Assembly: GCA_002269645.1 (NCBI GenBank)
Contig: NIVC01000692.1
Span: 1-64,000, forward strand
Direction of reading: 5' to 3'
Source of the DNA: Macrostomum lignano
Taxonomy: Eukaryota
DNA: 64,000 bases
The notes below the pieces were generated by a model, which did not search any database, was not told the origin of the DNA, and saw only the letters and a program-made list of their open reading frames with translations. The translations under genes were made by a program, and so were the position numbers. The number at the start of each line of letters is the position of its first letter. Position 1 is the first letter of the stretch. Positions 56,484 to 64,000 of this stretch are shown here, piece after piece.

Positions 56484-58388
56484 ATGGCTGACGCTAGCAA
56501 GAAGCGGTCAAAAAAGAGGACAGTGAATCCGGCCGAGAAGGAGGAAATCGTCAAGAAGAAGCTGACCGAGTTCTACTCTAACGAAATCTACAAGGATCCG
56601 ATCTTGAAGAAGAGTTTCAACTCAGAATCTGCTATATTTCTGGGCGCTGGAGCATTCGGTCACGTGTTTCTCATCACGGCCAAGAAGGATGTCACATTCG
56701 ACGATCTCGAAAGCATTACTGTCACACTGGGCAGGGACGAGAAGCACGAATACCTCAATCAGGTAGAGGCCCTGAAGGCGCCCAATAAATCGGACGTGGT
56801 ACTGAAGAAAAACCAAGGCGTGGCCATGAAATGCGAAACAGCGTTTCTCTTCCAAGTGGAGAACTTCCCCATTACACCTAAGAACCTACCAGACGCAGAC
56901 CCCGAGAGATTCTCTGTTTACAAGGAGTACAACACGCTGAACAACATTTTTTCTAGGTAATATTTCAAGTTATTTATTAAATTTTCAATTTATATTTCTA
57001 TGGACATAGCAATAGTTGCTTGGAGCCGGTCGTACTTGCATTTCCTTATTAGGTTCGGCTACAAAGATACCCGGGGCTTCACTCGACCGTACGCGTTTGG
57101 TCACCTTGGCGACTACACCTACATGCATATTGAGAGCTCGAAAAAGACCAAAATGTACGGCTTTCACTTTCTCATGTTCGAAATCTGCGGCCCGGATATG
57201 GAGGACATGATGGAAATCTGCAGCTACAATTGCCGTCAAAACGAGCAGCGTCTGTCAACTCGGTAGGATTCTTAATTTTTCTTTTCTTTGTACACTTTCG
57301 GCGATACTATAGATTTTACTTAACAGCAACCAATATGCAAAACTCCCCGCTGATGTCAGCACCGTCTTCATGGTTGGGGATCAGTTCTTCGCCAGGATGC
57401 AGTGCATTCAGGACACGGCTCTAGGCCTGACGCACAATGATCTCAAGTGCGATCAGCTGATGACTGGCAAAGGTGAGAACGGCAACACTATCTACCTGAT
57501 CGATTATGGTCTTGTGACAAAGTACAAGGAGACCTGGACGTCTACTCTGGTGGCTCCGCTGGGCAACCGCAGGTGGGCGCCTCGCTCCAACCACCAGATG
57601 GCGCCGCGGACTCCGCTGTGTGAGATTGAGTCCTCCTGCTACGTGCTGCTGCGACTGCTCAAGAACCACTTCCCCTGGGACGGCATGTTCGATAGGCAGA
57701 TGATGAAGCTTCAAGAGCTGAAGGACCGCGGTGAGGAGGACATGACTATGAAGACTGGTGATGAGGTTCTGTACGAGGAAAAGCAGTACCTTTGGTTCTT
57801 TCTCAAGAAGGAGTCCGGCAAAAAGCTTGGCCATCTCACTGAGGATGTTGAGCAAGAAATAGAAAAGTACAAAGACTTTTTTGAAGAGCGAAACGACAAA
57901 TGGGGGGACGGCGGCTCCCAGATGAAGGACATGATGGTGGACATGGCCAAGATGGGCGACCCCAACTACTGCGGCTTCGTTGAAAAGAAAATCGACTTCG
58001 CCGACGTGAACTACATCGGCATCCGTAAGCACCTGCTGAACATCTTTGACCTGTCGATGTACGCTCACAACCTTGAAACTGCGGGCCTTACCGGCCTTAT
58101 GAAGCTGAATGTCGAAAACTTCTTCAAAGAAAACAAGGAGAAAAAGCAGCAGAGGACGGAATGCGGCCGGCCGGTGTACTATTACTTCCCGAGGGCGAGC
58201 ATCACTGCTACTTTGAGTGGTTCTGTCGGAGCAAGGACTTCTGGGAGAACAAGCCGGAGTACTGGCACAAACTGCTGGCGAATCGAGACGAGCTGGCCGA
58301 AATGCTGCGCAAGCGGCAAGCCGGCGCTAAGGCCGGTGGCGCCTCGCCCGCGCCGGCCGCGTCAGCCGCCGCGCCGGATAAGAAATGA
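56484..58388 (+). CDS. Divergent casein kinase 1 (CK1/TTBK/VRK group)-like protein kinase, 3 exons, probable 1-bp homopolymer frameshift near 58187
   Basis: Exons 56484-56956, 57053-57262, 57327-~58388 (phase-2 GT-AG introns). G-loop LGAGAFGHVF, VAMKCE, FLMFEICGPDMEDM (CK1 VMELLGPSLEDL), THNDLKCDQ, IYLIDYGL, LGNRRWAPRSNH, EIESSCYVLLRLLKNHFPWDG. Adding one C at ttccc(c)gag joins YYYFP to EGEHHCYFEWF...APDKK*. Confidence 0.85.
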
Positions 58389-58749
58389 CAACCAGACTGA
58401 GGACTTCTGTTGTTCACCACTCCCTCTGAAACTTTCTGCTGGGCGAACCCAAAGCTGGTGTGGGATCAGTTTCTGTGTCTCATTTTTAACGGTTTTTCTG
58501 CAAGCAAAACCTTTTGAAGAAACCTGTTCTGGTTGGCCATGTTAAGAGGATCGAGTGGCTCTAAAAATTATTGCGAGAAAGAAAGAATTGAGAACAAAAT
58601 TGCTTGCTCATTTTATTTTATAATTCTTCAGCAAATACAAGAATTCCCCGGAGCATTGTATTGCAATTCTTAAAAATTTTCACTTCGTTTCATTTTAAGT
58701 GCTTTTTAGTAGCGAAGAAACTTATGATATCTAATGAGCTAGAGAGTTC

Positions 58750-59860
58750 GTGAGTGAGGTCATGAGTGAGGTCATGAGTGGCTACATAAGTTAGTGCATG
58801 AGTGATTAAATGAGTGAGTGCATGAGTGAGTGCATGAATGAGTGCATGAGTGAGTGCATGAGTGAGTGCATGAGTGAGTGCATGAGTGAGTGAGTGCATA
58901 AGTGAGTGCATAAGTGAGTGCATGAGTGAGTGCATGAGTGAGTGCATGAATGAGTGCATGAGTGAGTGAGTGCATAAGTGAGTGCATAAGTGAGTGCATG
59001 AGTGAGTGCATGAGTGAGTGCATGAGTGAGTGAGTGCATAAGTGAGTGCATAAGTGAGTGCATGAGTGAGTGCATGAGTGAGTGCATGAGTGAGTGCATG
59101 AGTGAGTGAGTGCATGAGTGAGTGCATGAGTGAGTGCATGAGTGAGTGCATGAGTGAGTGCATGAGTGAGTGCATGAATGAGTGCATGAGTGAGTGAGTG
59201 CATAAGTGAGTGCATAAGTGAGTGCATGAGTGAGTGCATGAGTGAGTGCATGAGTGAGTGCATGAGTGAGTGAGTGCATAAGTGAGTGCATGAGTGAGTG
59301 CATGAGTGAGTGCATGAATGAGTGCATGAGTGAGTGAGTGCATAAGTGAGTGCATAAGTGAGTGCATGAGTGAGTGCATGAGTGAGTGCATGAGTGAGTG
59401 CATGAGTGAGTGCATGAGTGAGTGAGTGCATAAGTGAGTGCATGAGTGAGTGCATGAGTGAGTGCATGAGTGAGTGCATGAGTGAGTGCATGAATGAGTG
59501 CATGAGTGAGTGAGTGCATAAGTGAGTGCATAAGTGAGTGCATGAGTGAGTGCATGAGTGAGTGCATGAGTGAGTGCATGAGTGAGTGCATGAGTGAGTG
59601 AGTGCATGAGTGAGTGCATGAGTGAGTGAGTGCATAAGTGAGTGCATGAGTGAGTGCATGAGTGAGTGCATGAGTGAGTGAGTGCATAAGTGAGTGCATG
59701 AGTGAGTGCATGAGTGAGTGCATGAGTGAGTGCATGAGTGAGTGCATGAATGAGTGCATGAGTGAGTGAGTGCATAAGTGAGTGCATAAGTGAGTGCATG
59801 AGTGAGTGCATGAGTGAGTGCATGAGTGAGTGCATGAGTGTGTGCATGAGTGAGTTCATT
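58750..59860. repeat. (GAGT)2-3 GCAT simple-sequence satellite
   Basis: gagtgagtgcat units with periodic gcataa/gaat variants; degenerate continuation at 60645-60775 beyond the LINE. Confidence 0.95.
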
Positions 59861-59890
59861 TGTTAGTTCATGAGTTTATGAGTTCATGAG

Positions 59891-60615
59891 CGCCCAGCGC
59901 CAGATCGACAGGCTGGTCGAGGTGGCATCGAGCGTCGGTCTGGTTGTCAACATGCTGAAGACCGAGGTGCTGAATGCACTTGCTGGCCGAGGTCCCAGCG
60001 GACCCAGACGACCAGGCTCGCACGCTGCCAGCGGTTCACCTACCTCGGCGGTCTGGTGCCTCACGTAGAGGAAGACCTCCGGCGGCGCAGAGGACTTGCC
60101 TGAGCGGCCTTGCGCTCGATCCGGGCCGTTGTCCAATCCGAAACGCTGCCCGACCGCCAGAGGGCTCGGCTGTGGCAGGCGGTGGTTGAAACCGCTACAA
60201 CGCCGAGACGTGGACGCTGACGGCTACGCTAAAGCGGCAGCTGGACTCGGCGCACTCAGGGCTGCTCAGTGCGGCCTTTTGAGCTGACGAGAGCGTCGGG
60301 ACTGAGGCCCTGAACAATCGGGCCAGCTGCAGCGCCCGTCCACCATCCTGCGCCGGCGGCGACTACAACTGGCGGGCCACGTGATCCTGGCCGAAGGCTA
60401 CTGCCCCTAACTTGTTCAGGACGTCCTGCTGCTCACCTTCAGGGCCCGTTCAGGCGGGGTCAGGCCCGAACCCGTCGATATGTGGACTGCCTGCTATGCG
60501 AAGCAGGGGCGCCCGACACTGCCAATGGGGCGAACTTTGTTCGCTTTCAGGCTCTGCAGCGCGCCATCTGACGCGCCCTGCTCTAACTGTGACTTTGCAT
60601 GCGGGGTCGCGTATT

Positions 60616-60644
<29 letters not shown>
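59891..60644 (+). mobile_element. 5'-truncated, decayed RTE-clade LINE with (TTG)n tail and 9-bp TSD
   Basis: AQRQIDRLVEVASSVGLVVNMLKTEVL, RFTYLGG, RLQLAGHV (post-YADD RT and C-terminal motifs) with stops and frameshifts; tail gtattttgttgttg...; TSD gttcatgag at 59882-59890 and 60645-60653. Confidence 0.85.
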
Positions 60645-60647
<3 letters not shown>

Positions 60648-62324
60648 CATGAGTAAGTGATAGAGTGAGTATATAAGTAAGATCTTGAGTGTGGTCATGA
60701 GTGAGTACATGGGTGAGTTCATGAGTGAATGCATGAGCGAGTTCATGAGCGAATTTATAAGCAAGCTCATGAATTTTTAGAGCACAAGTATTGCTGCGCT
60801 ACACTACTTAAAGTAGCCGATACGAGTAGCACAGTGTTATATATTTGTCTACAAGCCAAGAGTTCAGTTGCTGGTGATTTAGCAATTCAATAATGATGCT
60901 CACAAGCTTTGGCCATCAAATTTACAATTGCGTGAGCAGCTTTGGTTTCAAGTCCTGTTAAAAGGCAGGAGCTCCATGATGCCAGGGAAGGTGCTTCTTC
61001 CCTGTGCAGCTTCCGAGCTCCCGAGTCCCGAGAGACCGGCAAGCAAACTATTGAATAGCTGTGCTGGTCAGGGATGTCAGAGGCTGCAGCAATTACGTCC
61101 GTGTGTCTCACTCACGCACATTATTTACCTTGCCAGCAGGCTGTTTAATGATGCAAAAAATCTTTCAATTCCAGGGAACAGAAAAAAAAGGATCTTAAAG
61201 CTGGAAACTGTCGGTAGGCAAGCTCTCCGCTGCCACGCAGTCGTCTGGCTACAATTAAAAAGAAGAATAATGGCACTGTTGCTTTGTGCGCAAAAATTAA
61301 TAGAATTATGCCTTCGCAGCACTTGAGACGAGTGGCTGGGGTAACGGAAAGAGGCGCGGAGTTCAGAGAGGCAGCGGCCGCTGACAGAGGTTTGGGGCCG
61401 GCAATTAGCGGGAGGAAGCCTAATTATTAATAATCATTGCATTGGAATGCGCGAGTCTTCCGCAAAAACTCAGCCTGCCACTCCATTAGCTTACAAAGAA
61501 ATCAAGGAACTCATGCTCTGCTCAGACTGGGAATACAATGACAAAATTGATGCAGATAGTGGAAAAGTCGCTCTAAGCAATCTTGGGATTGGCTCCTTGC
61601 CTGAGAGAATTTCTGTACCAGACCGGCACTACGCACTGGCCTGGCCTCGCGCCGGTCCAGTTAACTTTAATGGATCAATTAAGACAACATTAAGCCTGCC
61701 CGATCCCAGTTTCTCCCTAGCGCTGGGCAGAGCCTTTTCAAGCGGCGGTGCCGGCCCTGATTGGCCAATTTTACGGCTGGCTGGTCTCCAATGAAATGTG
61801 ACGGATGAGACGCCGCTCTCCTGCCAGTCAGCCAAGCAGTCCCAGCAGTTCTGCGCTGGCTGGGGCCTCCTTAAGGAGCCTTTCTTCTACTACCCCCACT
61901 CCGCAGAAATCGGTTCTGCAGCTCACGCAGCCCCCCCCCCCCTATTCCAGTGCTGAATGAGCGGAGCAGGAAATTTTCTATGAAATGCAACGCCGCTCGT
62001 TTGAGGGGGGGGGGCTTTTCCTGATGGGCCGCAGGATTAGCCTTTTAAATTGGGGAGGCAGAGAAGCGGATGAGGCGAGGGAGAAGCTGAGGAAGGAGGG
62101 AGGTTGGCGTGTTTTGTTAAGAGCCAAAGGCGAACAACAAGAATGGAATTTGTTGTGCGATGCGATACTTCCTCAGCGGGGCGATGGAGTGTGATCAGAG
62201 CTGCCTGCTGGTCTCCTGACTGCAACCAAGGACCGCTGGTAGTCCTGAACAGCTTTCCGTGAAGGACAGTCCAATAGAAGCCAGTATGCGTTTGGCCCGA
62301 GATGCTGTTTCATCTGGACGGATC

Positions 62325-62530
62325 AGGGGGGGGGGGCTGGACGAATCATCAATCTGGGGGTTGTCGTGCGATTCAAAGCCATGAGGGCCAACCCCAAGGC
62401 ACAGAGAGTGCACATGCCTGACGGTTAGAAAGTCAAAGGGCTACTGTACACTCTGTGTGAGCGTGTGTATAAGTGCGTGCCTGCCTACAGTATTGGCGCG
62501 CTTGATTCAGCGGATTGGGCAGAATTGCCT
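62325..62530 (-). repeat. Dispersed ~200-bp repeat, inverted copy of 30155-30345
   Basis: Reverse complement ccgctgaatcaagcgcgccaatactgtaggcaggcacgcacttatacacacgctcacacagagtgtacag...tcaggcatgtgcactctctgtgccttg matches copy 1. Confidence 0.7.
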
Positions 62531-64000
62531 TAGCGGGTAGCTGGTTGTGGGCGCCCTTCTGAGAATATTATTGTCTACTTTACACTAGGCCTGCTCCGTG
62601 GGCCTCAGTGTAAAGTGTGTTAACCCCACCCCACTCTCTACGCCCACCTCTCCTCCGGCCCCCCCCCCTCCGCCGCGTGCCGGGGGTTCTTAAACCCAGT
62701 ATTTTCTGGCTTGGCCGTTTGTGTGCTAAGTGCTCAGATTTTTTATTTTGTTTATTTCTCTTGTTTTATTCTCCCCGGTTTTATCGATCAATTTCGAATT
62801 CAACGTACGCCTGTGTATTGCGCAAAAAAAATGCAACATCTGAAGGGGTCGCCTTCCCCACCTCGTCGCTGCTTTGTGCTCGCTGCCAACCCGCCGCCTT
62901 TGCCTTCCTTTTGCTGCTTGTGGGGTTGCGGGTTAGTGTTAGTATTATTATTATCATTATTGTTGTTATCATCAATATTATTAGCATTAATGGAAATAGA
63001 TTCTTATACGCCTAGCCCCATCCAGTTCTGACGCTTTAATATTTGCCTTGTTGCTTGAGTTTAGCCAGCTTCTTGTCTTCATCAGATTCAATTAGCAAAG
63101 AGTGCCAGAAATGAGAAGCCCAGTGCGCCTGCAGAGCCACCCCCCCCCCAAAACTGAGACAGGGCGGCAGGCAAACAATTGTGGCGCCTCAAAGCCCAAC
63201 TAATTCAATTGACTGAAGGATGGAATTTAATTGGTTAGCGAGCCGGCGGCGCACCTGGGATAATTAGCCACCCGCGGATAGAAGGTCTCATAATGCAGCT
63301 GCCGGCACCTCAGACCGGGCAGCACCGACACGTGTTTACAGAATTTTGAGTCGCGGACCACCTCAACTGCAACCTCCGCCACTCCGCCCTCTGCCCTCCG
63401 CATGCTGAGCAGCTCTTTTTTCCCCTGGGAATTGCTGCCGCCAATTTGCTCTAATTAATTATAGCCCCCCCCCCCCTACTTCCTCATCGGCAATTGCCGG
63501 CCAAGCACAAGGCGCAGCTTCTTTTCCGCAGTCAGACCGACTTGGAGGCCAGAGACGCGCAGAGACGACAAAATGATTTGTTCCTGTCAGGAGGTACAGG
63601 GGGCGCTTGCGACAGGAAATTTCCTTCCTTCGACTGAGAAGCCGGTATTGGGAAATCTTTCTGCCCCCCTTGGCACACAGAAGCATCCCTTCCTTGTCCC
63701 GCTCTTTGTTTAAGGATTTCCCAAACGCCCCCCCCCCTACTCCCAGTGTAAAAAATAGCGGCAAGAAAATCCGCTTGCTTCCGCGCTTGTTCCCAGAAGC
63801 AAACAGACCCGGGCGCCCCTTCAGCTAATAGCTTAATAGGCTGTGTAATTAAGTCGGCAAATGGCGGCCCACCCCGCGACCCGGCAATATCCGGCGGGTT
63901 GCAGAGAAGTGAGGATTGCCTCGCCGCCTCGATCGCTAGCAGCCCCCCAACAGCAGCGGCGAGCCTGTCCGTCCGTCCGGCCGTCTGTGCCGCACCTCAG

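Noticed and set aside
57370-58545. ORF-track C-terminus of the kinase (..RASITATLSG..SGWPC)
   Set aside because: Composition changes abruptly after YYYFP; the alternative frame to the stop at 58388 keeps the gene's codon style and needs only one extra C in a homopolymer.
58690-59859. His-rich ORFs (MHSL/THAL/HSCT repeats)
   Set aside because: Three-frame translations of the GAGT/GCAT satellite; not telomeric and not coding.

Overview
Eukaryotic (animal) genomic DNA with spliceosomal GT-AG introns, minisatellite-filled introns and decayed transposons. Gene style and repeat load resemble a free-living flatworm such as Macrostomum; this is inference, not a database result. Seven protein-coding loci were reconstructed by hand: (1) the 3' part of a giant repeat gene with ~39-40 tandem 291-297 bp units, each encoding a ~60%-charged 97-99 aa module, running into a unique C-terminus (stop 12822); (2) an 11-exon RYK/Derailed Wnt receptor (+); (3) purine nucleoside phosphorylase (-); (4) a secreted CAP-EGF-ShKT protein (-); (5) KDM8/JMJD5 (-); (6) a ~4,500 aa protein (-) with a coiled-coil N-terminus bearing a FKBP15-like motif and a ~12.7 kb exon of acidic 18/22-aa repeats; (7) a divergent CK1-family kinase (+). 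Mobile DNA: a decayed Tc1 element apparently nested in a MITE terminal repeat, a hAT MITE with 8-bp TSD, a tRNA/CORE-type SINE, two truncated RTE LINE copies and a dispersed ~200 bp repeat. Most notable observations: the two giant repeat proteins, both ending in di-cysteine/basic tails; unpaired splice acceptors just upstream of several genes, with JMJD5 apparently needing a spliced-leader AUG; and the atypical CK1 catalytic loop. No rRNA, intact tRNA or CRISPR array is supported. Exon coordinates are hand-derived and may be off by a few bases.
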